The translations under genes were made by a program, and so were the position numbers. A DNA stretch of 64,000 nt, taken from assembly GCA_017523725.1 (NCBI GenBank), contig JAFWVY010000058.1:1-64000 (forward strand), written 5' to 3'. The notes beneath the pieces were generated by a model. The model was not told the DNA's origin and made no database searches. It worked only from the letters and a program-made list of their open reading frames with translations. Positions 18,902 to 27,294 of the stretch are shown piece after piece (the first letter of the stretch is position 1; the number at the start of each line of letters is the position of its first letter). The DNA is from Bacteroidales bacterium. GTDB lineage: Bacteria > Bacteroidota > Bacteroidia > Bacteroidales > UBA4181.

Positions 18902-20113
18902 ATGGCCATGCCGGTTCTGATACTGCTCAGCCTGTCGCATTTCATCAACGACATGTTGCAATCGGTCATTGCGGCGAGCTATCCGTTGCTCAAGACGGAA
19001 CTTAACCTGACTTTCACGCAGATAGGTGCCATATCGCTGGTGTACCAACTGGCATCGTCCGTCTTCCAGCCAGTGGTCGGTGCCGTATACGACCGACACC
19101 CCAACCCGCGGTCGATACCGATTGGCATGTGCTTCACGCTGACTGGTCTGCTGCTGCTCGCCTTCGCACGGCCGGTCTGGCTCATCTCTGCCGCCGTCTT
19201 TCTTGTCGGCATCGGTTCGGCTACCCTGCATCCCGAGGCGTCCCGCATCACATCCCTTGCCGCCGGAGAAAGACGCGGTTTCGCCCAGTCGCTGTTCCAG
19301 GTCGGCGGGAATCTCGGCGGGTCGCTCGGTCCATTGCTTGTGGCCGCTGTCGTGTCGGTCTTCGGAAGGCGCTATATCGCACTGTTCTGCCTCATTTCCC
19401 TCGCCGGCATCCTGTGCACACGCCCCATCTGTACCTGGTACGGCCATTACCTTGAAGAAGCCCGGGACAAGCCCCGCCAACGCACGACAGCCGCACGGCC
19501 TCCCTTCGGCCCCGTCGCCACGGCGGCCATTATCAGCGTGCTGTCGGTGTTGATTTTCTCGAAATACATCTATATGGCTTCGCTGTCCAACTATTATACG
19601 TTCTACATGATGGAGAAATTCGGCATCCGTGTGACCACGGCGCAGATCTGTCTCTTCGTGTTCCTGTTCGCGACAGCTGCCGGCACACTGGTCGGCGGCC
19701 CCGTCGGCGACCGGATCGGCCGCAAATGGGTTATCTGGGCTTCTATCCTCGGTACGGCGCCATTCAGCCTTCTGCTGCCCGACGCAGGTTTCTACGGTAC
19801 CATCGTACTCAGTTTCTGCTCAGGATTCATGATTGCCTCGGCCTTTCCGGCCATTCTGCTCTATGCCCAGGAACTGTTGCCGTCCCATCTGGGCATGGTC
19901 AGCGGACTGTTCTTCGGATTTGCTTTCGGTGTGGCCGGCGTGGCAGCAGCCATTCTCGGCCGATATGCCGACCGGTACGGCGTCATCGCCATCTACCGTT
20001 TTTGTTGCTATACGCCGCTGCTTGGCCTGGTCGCCGCCTTCCTGCCCGACCTGAAGAAAAGAGCACGGCTATCTGGTCCTTCGGATGAAAACCCCAATAA
20101 TTCCGTCAAATGA
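18902..20113 (+). CDS. MFS transporter (FSR/fosmidomycin-resistance-like family)
   Basis: About 12 predicted TM helices. Motif LSHFINDMLQSVIAASYPLL is typical of the Fsr family, with GDRIGRK-type loops. Start ATG at 18902. The stop overlaps the next gene. Confidence 0.8.
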   Translation: MAMPVLILLSLSHFINDMLQSVIAASYPLLKTELNLTFTQIGAISLVYQLASSVFQPVVGAVYDRHPNPRSIPIGMCFTLTGLLLLAFARPVWLISAAVFLVGIGSATLHPEASRITSLAAGERRGFAQSLFQVGGNLGGSLGPLLVAAVVSVFGRRYIALFCLISLAGILCTRPICTWYGHYLEEARDKPRQRTTAARPPFGPVATAAIISVLSVLIFSKYIYMASLSNYYTFYMMEKFGIRVTTAQICLFVFLFATAAGTLVGGPVGDRIGRKWVIWASILGTAPFSLLLPDAGFYGTIVLSFCSGFMIASAFPAILLYAQELLPSHLGMVSGLFFGFAFGVAGVAAAILGRYADRYGVIAIYRFCCYTPLLGLVAAFLPDLKKRARLSGPSDENPNNSVK

Positions 20114-20595
20114 AACACGCACCCATCGACATCGAGGCCCGGGCCGACCGGGCCGAGGCCCTATTCCGGCAGGGATTCAACTGCGCCCAGTCGGTTGCGG
20201 CCGCTTACCACGACCTGTACGGCATGGATGAAACAATGATGCTCCGCCTCTCCGCCTCGTTCGGAGGCGGCATCGGACGCATGCGTGAAACCTGCGGTGC
20301 GGCCTGCGGCATGTTCCTGCTGGCCGGCCTGGAAACCGGATCTGCCACCCCGGGCGACCGGGCGGGTAAGAACGCCAACTACGCCCTTGTGCAGCAACTG
20401 GCCGCCGAATTCATCAAACGCAACGGCGCATTGCGCTGCGCCGACCTGCTGGGGTTGCCGCAGACCGGCCACACAGAAACCGCACATCAGCCGCAATCGG
20501 AAGAACGTACACCCGGGTTCTATGCCAAACGGCCGTGCGTGCAGATGGTCAGGGAAGCCGCCCGCATCTACGGGGAATACCTGAACGGCAACTAA
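20110..20595 (+). CDS. C_GCAxxG_C_C family protein (putative redox-active, function unknown)
   Basis: FRQGFNCAQSVAAAY...SASFGGGIGRMRETCGAACGMFLLAGL matches the conserved Cys pattern of this family. ATG overlaps the MFS stop (ATGA). Confidence 0.7.
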   Translation: MKHAPIDIEARADRAEALFRQGFNCAQSVAAAYHDLYGMDETMMLRLSASFGGGIGRMRETCGAACGMFLLAGLETGSATPGDRAGKNANYALVQQLAAEFIKRNGALRCADLLGLPQTGHTETAHQPQSEERTPGFYAKRPCVQMVREAARIYGEYLNGN

Positions 20596-22010
20596 TCCTG
20601 CATCGGGAAGTCCGGGTTTTCGGTACGCATCGAAGTGAAATATCCGGTGGCCTTCTCGACCAGGTCGGGACGTTCCGCAGCCAGGTCTTTCGACTCCGTC
20701 ACGTCGGACGACAGGTCGTAAATCTGCACCGGCGCCGTCGTACCGTAACGGACCGCCTTCATGTCGCCCATGCGGACAGCCTGCTTGAATGCGCCGCGCG
20801 TACGGAGTTCCCAATACAGCACTCTGTTGTTTTTCTGCGTTTTGCCACGCAGCGTCGGGAGGAAAGAAATACCGTCGCAGTCGGCCGGAGCCTTTACGCC
20901 GGCCAGCTCGCAGAATGTCGGCATGATGTCCCAGAACGCCCCCACGAAACCGCTTTCCGTACCGGCCGCAACATGGCCAGGCCAGCAAACGATCATCGGT
21001 TCACGGATGCCCCCCTCATACAGGTCGGCCTTGATGCCGCGCAGACCACCGCTGCTGCCGAAGAATTCCGGGTCTCCGCCGCCTTCCCGGTGCGGACCGT
21101 TATCGCTGGTGAAAATCACAATCGTATTCTCCTCAGCCCCGAACTCTCTCAGTATCTGTATAATTTCACCCACATGAGCATCCAGGCGCGTCACCATGGC
21201 CGCAAAAGCCGCCCTCGGATTAACCTGAGTACGGTACGTTGATGACGGGCCGGCGATGAACGGATTTTCCTCGAACCGGCCGATGAAGGGATTCAGCGTA
21301 TCTTCCGGCACAGTCAGCTCTGCATGCGGAATCGTATAGGTGAGGAAAGCCACGAAGGGCTGCCCTTGCTCCAGGTTGCGCCGGATGAAACGCTTGGCCA
21401 TGTAGTGGATGGTATCGTGCGAATACAGGCCGCGGCCATCGTTCTCGTTCCGGCTGAAATAGATGTTCTCCTCATTGTGCTGCAGCCGCAGCGGATAATA
21501 GGAATGTGCATCGCGCTGGTTGATGTAGCCGAAGAATTCGTCGAAACCCTGTTTGGTCGGAACGCCCGTCGTACCCAGTTCGCCAAGTCCCCATTTGCCG
21601 AACATGCCGGCCGTGTAACCGGCCTCTTTCATCTTCTCGGCAATGGTGACATCCTCTTCATGCAGCGGCACCCGCTGATTGGTCACCGAGAAATTGTCGC
21701 GGATCCGCGTATGCCCCGTATACTTGCCGGTCATCAGCGAACAGCGCGAGGGAGCCGAGATGGCAGTGCCGGCATAGAACTGCGTAAAACGCATGCCACG
21801 GGATGCCAGCGAGTCGATGTTCGGTGTCTGGAAATGTCGCTGACCATAGCAGCTCAGGTCGCCGTAACCCAAGTCGTCAGCCATGATGTAAATAATGTTC
21901 GGACGCTCCGGCGCCGCCTTCTCCGACTGGCAGCCCGCCATGAAAGGCAGTGTCAGCGTGGCCATCATGCCGGTCAGGCCCGGCAGGGCCGTTTTTTTGT
22001 AATGTGCCAT
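20592..22010 (-). CDS. Sulfatase (S1 arylsulfatase family), Ser-type active-site motif, lipoprotein signal
   Basis: PNIIYIMADDLGYGDLSCYG; formylglycine motif region TAISAPSRCSLMTGK (S-x-P-x-R, the Ser-type); GGLRGIKADLYEGGIREP. Signal peptide with lipobox LPFMAGCQS. Convergent with the C_GCAxxG gene, overlapping it by 4 nt. Confidence 0.9.
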   Translation of the reverse strand: MAHYKKTALPGLTGMMATLTLPFMAGCQSEKAAPERPNIIYIMADDLGYGDLSCYGQRHFQTPNIDSLASRGMRFTQFYAGTAISAPSRCSLMTGKYTGHTRIRDNFSVTNQRVPLHEEDVTIAEKMKEAGYTAGMFGKWGLGELGTTGVPTKQGFDEFFGYINQRDAHSYYPLRLQHNEENIYFSRNENDGRGLYSHDTIHYMAKRFIRRNLEQGQPFVAFLTYTIPHAELTVPEDTLNPFIGRFEENPFIAGPSSTYRTQVNPRAAFAAMVTRLDAHVGEIIQILREFGAEENTIVIFTSDNGPHREGGGDPEFFGSSGGLRGIKADLYEGGIREPMIVCWPGHVAAGTESGFVGAFWDIMPTFCELAGVKAPADCDGISFLPTLRGKTQKNNRVLYWELRTRGAFKQAVRMGDMKAVRYGTTAPVQIYDLSSDVTESKDLAAERPDLVEKATGYFTSMRTENPDFPMQD

Positions 22011-22130
22011 TTATGTATCGTTTCCGTTAGATTGTATAAGGCGTAAAAATACAGCAAATCACGCTTTCTTCCAAACGGATGTTTCCACGCGGCGGCCATG
22101 CGGCAAAGCGGACGACATAACGGCCTGGGA

Positions 22131-22160
22131 TGCGGAGGATGGAGGTGCGGAGGATGGAGG
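22131..22160. repeat. Perfect 15-bp tandem duplication (tgcggaggatggagg x2) in the sulfatase/exbB intergenic region
   Basis: Read directly: tgcggaggatggagg|tgcggaggatggagg at 22131..22160. Confidence 0.8.
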
Positions 22161-22206
22161 ACGAAAGTGCGGAATCGCCCGGAAAAATCCGGAAAAACAA
22201 AAAAAT

Positions 22207-22238
22207 TTTGCACAATCCAAAACAAATGCCTACCTTTG
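22207..22238 (+). promoter_or_regulatory. Candidate Bacteroidetes sigma-AB promoter for the exbB operon (-33 TTTG ... -7 TAccTTTG)
   Basis: TTTG at 22207..22210 and TAccTTTG at 22231..22238, spacing about 20 bp, roughly 100 nt upstream of the exbB ATG. This matches the Bacteroides consensus TTTG-N19-21-TAnnTTTG. Confidence 0.4.
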
Positions 22239-22335
22239 GAAATCATTTTCGCACGCAGGTTTTTCCTGTGGCGGATACATTAAAGTTTACAACAATAAAA
22301 TTCTAGTCAATCTTAACATTAATCAAGAAACAATC

Positions 22336-23169
22336 ATGAAAAAATTATTGTCGTTTTTGCTCTTGTGTGGAGTTTTCGTCATGTTTTCTTCCACAGCAAA
22401 TGCTCAGGACGAGCCTGCAGCTCAACAGGAAAGTGCAGCGGCGTCTGATTTGAGCAGCCTTGATGCGCTCAGCGCAGCACCGGCCGCAGAACAGCCGCAA
22501 CAGGCACAGCAGCCTGCCGCTGCCGAAGGCGGACTGAAAGTCATGCATCAGGTTGCCAAGTCGAAATTCATCGAAGGTGGTGCGGGCTGGATGACCCCTA
22601 TTCTGATTTTCTTGATTATCGGTCTGGCCATCGGCATTGAGCGTATCATTTACCTGAACCTCGCCACAACCAACACGGACAAACTGCTCCAGAACATTGA
22701 AAAAGCGCTGGACGAAGGCGGTATCGAAGCTGCCAAGGAAGTCTGCCGCAACACCAGAGGCCCCGTGGCCAGCATTTTCTACCAGGGTTTCGACCGTTCG
22801 AGCGAAGATATCGACGCCATTGAGAAATCTGTCATTTCCTACGGCGGCCTGCAGATGGCCAAGATGGAAAAAGGCATGATCTGGCTGGGTCTGTTCATCG
22901 CGCTTGCCCCGTCCATGGGATTCCTCGGCACCGTCGTCGGTATGATCATGGCATTCGATGACATCCAGAAAGCTTCCGATATGTCTCCGGCAGTCGTCGC
23001 GGGTGGTATGAAGGTCGCTCTGCTTACCACGACGTTCGGTCTGATCGTCGCTATGATTCTGCAGCTGGTTTACAACTACCTGCTCGACAAGATCGACAGC
23101 CTGGTTGCCGATATGGAGAACTCTTCCATCTCCCTGATGGACATTCTGGTTAAATACAAAGCAAAATAA
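22336..23169 (+). CDS. exbB: MotA/TolQ/ExbB proton-channel family protein with an Ala/Gln-rich N-terminal periplasmic extension
   Basis: Signal peptide plus a low-complexity region (AQDEPAAQQESAAASD...AEQPQQAQQPAAAEGG), then the ExbB core (GGAGWMTPILIFLIIGLAIGIERIIYL ... LGLFIALAPSMGFLGTVVGMIMAF). Confidence 0.85.
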   Translation: MKKLLSFLLLCGVFVMFSSTANAQDEPAAQQESAAASDLSSLDALSAAPAAEQPQQAQQPAAAEGGLKVMHQVAKSKFIEGGAGWMTPILIFLIIGLAIGIERIIYLNLATTNTDKLLQNIEKALDEGGIEAAKEVCRNTRGPVASIFYQGFDRSSEDIDAIEKSVISYGGLQMAKMEKGMIWLGLFIALAPSMGFLGTVVGMIMAFDDIQKASDMSPAVVAGGMKVALLTTTFGLIVAMILQLVYNYLLDKIDSLVADMENSSISLMDILVKYKAK

Positions 23170-23171
23170 CT

Positions 23172-23504
23172 ATGAGTTCGTTGGTTATCAATTTCGGTCT
23201 TCCGCTGGCATATATCCTGATTGCCCTGGCTTTTATCCTGGCCATCGCATTCCCGGTATATTTCATGCTGACCGACCTTAAAAAGGCCAAAGCATCCCTG
23301 ATCGGCGTGGGTGCAGTCATCGTCGTGTACGTGGTCTGCTACCTGCTGGCATCCGGCGCACCCGTGGACGTTGAGGAAAAATTCATGGTGTCGGAAGGCA
23401 CGATGAAATTCATCGACGCATCCATCTACGTTGTCTATGTCCTGCTGGCCATTACACTGTGCACCATTATCTTCTCCGCTGTCTCTGCCGTGTTCAAAAA
23501 ATAA
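23172..23504 (+). CDS. Small 3-TM membrane protein conserved between exbB and exbD in Bacteroidetes clusters
   Basis: 110 aa, three hydrophobic helices, tightly packed (3-nt gap) between exbB and exbD. Confidence 0.55.
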   Translation: MSSLVINFGLPLAYILIALAFILAIAFPVYFMLTDLKKAKASLIGVGAVIVVYVVCYLLASGAPVDVEEKFMVSEGTMKFIDASIYVVYVLLAITLCTIIFSAVSAVFKK

Positions 23505-23529
23505 TCGTCGCAGTTCAAAACAATAAAGT

Positions 23530-24108
23530 ATGGCATCAAAAGAAACACCCCAGTTCAACTCAAGTTCGATGGCGGACATATCGTTCTTGCTCTTGCTTTA
23601 CTTCTTGTTGACAACCACGTTCGATTCTGATTACGGTCTGATGCGCCAGCTGCCTGCCATCCCCGAGGATGAAACGGAGCAGACGCCCATCAAAGAGCGC
23701 AACGTACTGGAAGTCTTCCTGAACTTTAACGATGACCTCATGGTTGAAGGCGAAGAGTTCTACGTAGGCGATTTGAAAGAAAAGACCAAAACCTTCTTTA
23801 CGAATCCGACCAATGCGGACGACCTTCCCGAAAGGGAAATGAGAACCATCCAGTATTTGGGGCAAATGGTTGTAAACAAGCAGGCGGTCGTATCGCTCAA
23901 GTGCGATAAGGGTACCTCCTACAAAGCATACATCGAAGTCCAGGACCAGTTGGCTGCAGCTGTCAACGAGTTGAGGGACGAGTTAAGTCTAACCAAATTC
24001 GGGAAAAAATTCGACGACCTGACCAACGCAGACTGGCGCGAAGCCATTCAGAAAGTCTATCCGATGGCCATCTCCGAGGCTGAACCCGAAGCTCAAGGTA
24101 CAGAATAG
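23530..24108 (+). CDS. exbD: Biopolymer transport protein ExbD/TolR (copy 1)
   Basis: ADISFLLLLYFLLTTTF TM anchor followed by a periplasmic ExbD domain. Confidence 0.8.
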   Translation: MASKETPQFNSSSMADISFLLLLYFLLTTTFDSDYGLMRQLPAIPEDETEQTPIKERNVLEVFLNFNDDLMVEGEEFYVGDLKEKTKTFFTNPTNADDLPEREMRTIQYLGQMVVNKQAVVSLKCDKGTSYKAYIEVQDQLAAAVNELRDELSLTKFGKKFDDLTNADWREAIQKVYPMAISEAEPEAQGTE

Positions 24109-24109
24109 T

Positions 24110-24589
24110 ATGGCAAAGTTCAAATCAGGCGAGAAGAAGAAAGTCCCGCAGATGAGTACCTCATCCATGCCGGACATCGTCTTCATGTTGCTTTTCTTCT
24201 TTATGATCACCACGACCATGAAGGAGAACGACATCAAGGTGGAGAATACGCCGCCTCAGGCAACGCAGATCAAGAAACTGGAAAAGAAATCTCTGGCCAG
24301 TTACATCTTCGTCGGACAACCGAAGCCGAACTATCGCGGCATCTATGGTACGGCCACGCGTATCCAGCTCAACGACCGTTTCGCGACGGTTGACGACATC
24401 ATGGCGTTCATCTCTACCGAGAGAGACGCGCTGAGCGAACTGGACCAGCGCTCCATGACGACCATGCTCAAGGCGGACGAGAATGTCCGCATGGGCACCG
24501 TCACCGACATTAAGCAGGCCCTGCGCCGCGCCAATGCGCTGAAGTTCGGCTACAATGCCAAGAAGCCCGAACAACAGACCGACTTCTAG
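24110..24589 (+). CDS. exbD: Biopolymer transport protein ExbD/TolR (copy 2)
   Basis: MPDIVFMLLFFFMITTTM TM anchor plus an ExbD periplasmic domain. Starts 2 nt after the previous stop. Confidence 0.8.
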   Translation: MAKFKSGEKKKVPQMSTSSMPDIVFMLLFFFMITTTMKENDIKVENTPPQATQIKKLEKKSLASYIFVGQPKPNYRGIYGTATRIQLNDRFATVDDIMAFISTERDALSELDQRSMTTMLKADENVRMGTVTDIKQALRRANALKFGYNAKKPEQQTDF

Positions 24590-24610
24590 ACACTGTTCTG
24601 CAGATATTGA

Positions 24611-24646
24611 AAAAGGGGATGGACTCAAGTCCATCCCCTTTTTTTA
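24611..24646 (+). terminator. Strong rho-independent terminator after the exbB-exbD-exbD operon
   Basis: aaaaggggatggact-caa-gtccatcccctttttttat: a perfect 12-bp GC-rich stem plus T7. Confidence 0.85.
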
Positions 24647-24707
24647 TGCCAAGTCATCCGGAAATTAATGATTTTTACTATCTTTGCTCAAACAAGAAGC
24701 GCGACGG

Positions 24708-25190
24708 ATGACTCCTTTCTACGAATTGGACTATACCATCGACCTGAGCGAAAAAAGCAAATCAAGCCGCAGCGGTATCATCACCAATATTGTTGTCGGC
24801 ACGTGGCTTGTCGCCGTCAACCTGTTCGTCCTGTGGCGCTACCACCAACGTCATATCGGTGATATTGTCCTCGTTCTAAGCAATATCTGTATCCTTTGCG
24901 GTGGATGCATCTTTCTGTTGAGAGGCATCTTCGGACGCAATCTCCTGTTATATCGGAAATTCATAACCATACAGCCGACCGCCATCGTTATAAAACAGCC
25001 GTTCCGGAGACTCAGGATATTCCCCATCGAAACCATTGATGCCGTCGATATCACACAGAAACATCTCCATATCTGGCATCACGGCGAAATCTTCACCTTC
25101 GGTCTGCGATGGATCAATTTCAGGGAATTCCGCGGTCTGCGCCATGCGCTTGAGGCATTCTGCCACCAGATGGAGCACAGAACGCACTGA
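24708..25190 (+). CDS. Hypothetical membrane protein, 2 TM helices plus a bacterial PH-like (bPH/DUF304-like) domain, in a lower-GC patch
   Basis: ATG at 24708 (MTPFYELDYTIDL...). Two TM helices (IITNIVVGTWLVAVNLFVLW; IVLVLSNICILCGGCIFLL), then a roughly 90-aa soluble domain. The architecture resembles YdbS/YdbT bPH proteins. Local GC is visibly lower than the flanks. Confidence 0.4.
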   Translation: MTPFYELDYTIDLSEKSKSSRSGIITNIVVGTWLVAVNLFVLWRYHQRHIGDIVLVLSNICILCGGCIFLLRGIFGRNLLLYRKFITIQPTAIVIKQPFRRLRIFPIETIDAVDITQKHLHIWHHGEIFTFGLRWINFREFRGLRHALEAFCHQMEHRTH

Positions 25191-25212
25191 TCTGACAGGA
25201 ACCTTCCGGCAG

Positions 25213-26661
25213 CTATTCCGCTGCCGGACTCTGTGATTCCTCTTCTTTTGCGTCACCTTCCTGCCGGGCTTCACCCTGCAGATACGACGGCAGTTTCATG
25301 CCGGCCATCTTGAACAGTTCGTCCAGAGGAGGTACCGACTTCATCATACCGGAAATGAAATTGGCCGTCGAAGTGGCACCGTTGCCGCCCGAAGCGGCAT
25401 TGTCCCACACGGTTACCTTGTCAATCTTGATACCCTTTACCGCCTCGACTTGCGTCTTGACCAGTTCGGGCAGCCGGTCGGCGATCAGCATGAGAACCGC
25501 TTTCTGCGGATCATTCGCCGCAGCACGGACCATCTGCGCAAAACCATCGGCCTGCTTGCTCAGGATTTCAAGGGTACCCCGTGCCTGCGCATCCATCTTT
25601 GCAAAGATGGCGTCGGCCTCACCCTGCGCCCTGCGCCGGATCTGTTCCGCTTCTGCCTCCGCTTCGATAATGAGCCGTTCCTTGTCTATCTGGGCAGGCA
25701 CCACCACGTTGGCCTGCTGTGTGGCCTTTTCGCGTTCGGCACGCGCCAATTCGGCATCGCGTTCCGACTTGTAGGCTTCTTCGAGTGCCTTGGCCGCCTG
25801 TACCTTTTCGGCAGCGACCGCCAAACGTTCCGCCTCAGCCTGTTTCTCACGGCGCAGCGCATCCGAATTGGCAATGGCAATCTTCGAATTGTTCTCGCCC
25901 TCCACTGCCTTGGCATTGGCATCGGCGGTGCAGATACGCGTATCGCGCGTCGTCTCGGCAATCCGGATATCCTTGTCCCGGTCTGCCTCGGCCTTTCCGA
26001 TTTCACCGTAGCGGTTCTGCTCGGCCACACTCTTCTTGGCATCGTTGATGGCCTTGGCGGCCGCTTCCTTGCCAAGCGCCTCGATATACCCCGACTCATC
26101 GCGGATGTCGGTGACGTTGACATTGATCAGCTTAAGGCCAATCTTGCGCAGTTCCGCCTCCACATTGGCGCTCACGTTCGCCAGGAACTTGTCGCGGTCG
26201 GCATTGATTTCTTCGATATCCATCGTTGCAATCACCAGACGCAGCTGACCGAACAGGATATCCGTGGCAATGTTGCGGATCTCTTCGGTGGAAAGTCCCA
26301 ACAAGCGTTCAGCCGCATTGGTCATGCTCTCCGGCTCCGTTGAGATACCGACCGTGAACCGGCATGGTACGTCCACGCGGATATTCTGCTTCGACAGGGC
26401 ATTCGTCAGGTTGCACTCGATGGAGATCGGGGTCAGGTCCAGAAAAGCGTAACTCTGGAAAACCGGCCAGATGAAAGAGGCGCCGCCGTGGATGCAACGG
26501 GCCGACGAAATGCCTCCGGTTGCGTTCTTGCCGGTCTTACCATAGATGACAAGGATACGGTCGGACGGACAGCGTTTGTAACGTCTCAGAATGGCAGACA
26601 AAGTCACCAACAGGATGACAACGCCGATCAGCGCGACGAAAATAAGCAGTGAAGGATCCAT
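25213..26661 (-). CDS. Flotillin-like protein (SPFH/band-7 domain, YqiK/FloA family)
   Basis: N-terminal TM segment, SPFH domain, a long Ala/Glu/Lys/Arg-rich coiled-coil (flotillin domain) and a C-terminal acidic tail; 482 aa. Confidence 0.85.
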   Translation of the reverse strand: MDPSLLIFVALIGVVILLVTLSAILRRYKRCPSDRILVIYGKTGKNATGGISSARCIHGGASFIWPVFQSYAFLDLTPISIECNLTNALSKQNIRVDVPCRFTVGISTEPESMTNAAERLLGLSTEEIRNIATDILFGQLRLVIATMDIEEINADRDKFLANVSANVEAELRKIGLKLINVNVTDIRDESGYIEALGKEAAAKAINDAKKSVAEQNRYGEIGKAEADRDKDIRIAETTRDTRICTADANAKAVEGENNSKIAIANSDALRREKQAEAERLAVAAEKVQAAKALEEAYKSERDAELARAEREKATQQANVVVPAQIDKERLIIEAEAEAEQIRRRAQGEADAIFAKMDAQARGTLEILSKQADGFAQMVRAAANDPQKAVLMLIADRLPELVKTQVEAVKGIKIDKVTVWDNAASGGNGATSTANFISGMMKSVPPLDELFKMAGMKLPSYLQGEARQEGDAKEEESQSPAAE

Positions 26662-26673
26662 AGAACAGAGTTA

Positions 26674-27258
26674 TTAATTTGTTTTTAAAGATGATACAAG
26701 GAGCGTGCTGTCGTCCAGCACCGCATCAACACATATCGGGGTGCCCGTGGCCAGCGGCGAAACCTCATCGGTCATGGCATCGTACTCACGCACCGCATTG
26801 TTGATGCTGATCTGCACCTTCCCCACCCCGGCGCGCGCGGCCGGCACCGTCAGATAGACCTTGCCCCGGCAGCCCGTGGCCGACTTCTGCAACTGAATGG
26901 TACCCGACTGCTGCATCGACCCGAGCCACTTGAACAGCAACATGGTCAGCAGGACGAAAAGGACACCCACGACGGCGGCCAGCAGGAACAGCAGGATTTT
27001 CGATGTCATGCTGCCGTACATCAGGACCGACGTCCAGCCGAAACCCAGCAGGAAATGAATCAGGTTGCGGAAGGTGTAAAGATTCATTCCGTCACCGCCT
27101 GCATCGCCGTCGGCCGGCAGATCGGCATCGAAATCGGAGTCGGCATCCGCACCGATGAAGGTCAGGATGCTTTGAATGACAAAAATCAGGGTGGATGCGA
27201 TGGTAATACCCCACAAAATCCGCATCGGCACCGGCAGGGAAAGCCACCAGGTCGTCAT
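26674..27258 (-). CDS. NfeD-like membrane protein (YqiJ-like), partner of the flotillin
   Basis: N-terminal TM segments, an acidic low-complexity loop (GADADSDFDADLPADGDAGGDG), further TM segments and a C-terminal OB-fold-like soluble domain. It lies immediately upstream of the flotillin gene, the conserved nfeD-flotillin operon. Confidence 0.7.
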   Translation of the reverse strand: MTTWWLSLPVPMRILWGITIASTLIFVIQSILTFIGADADSDFDADLPADGDAGGDGMNLYTFRNLIHFLLGFGWTSVLMYGSMTSKILLFLLAAVVGVLFVLLTMLLFKWLGSMQQSGTIQLQKSATGCRGKVYLTVPAARAGVGKVQISINNAVREYDAMTDEVSPLATGTPICVDAVLDDSTLLVSSLKTN

Positions 27259-27294
27259 GATTGTTCTGTTTTTCCCGGGTAGAAATCCCGGACG

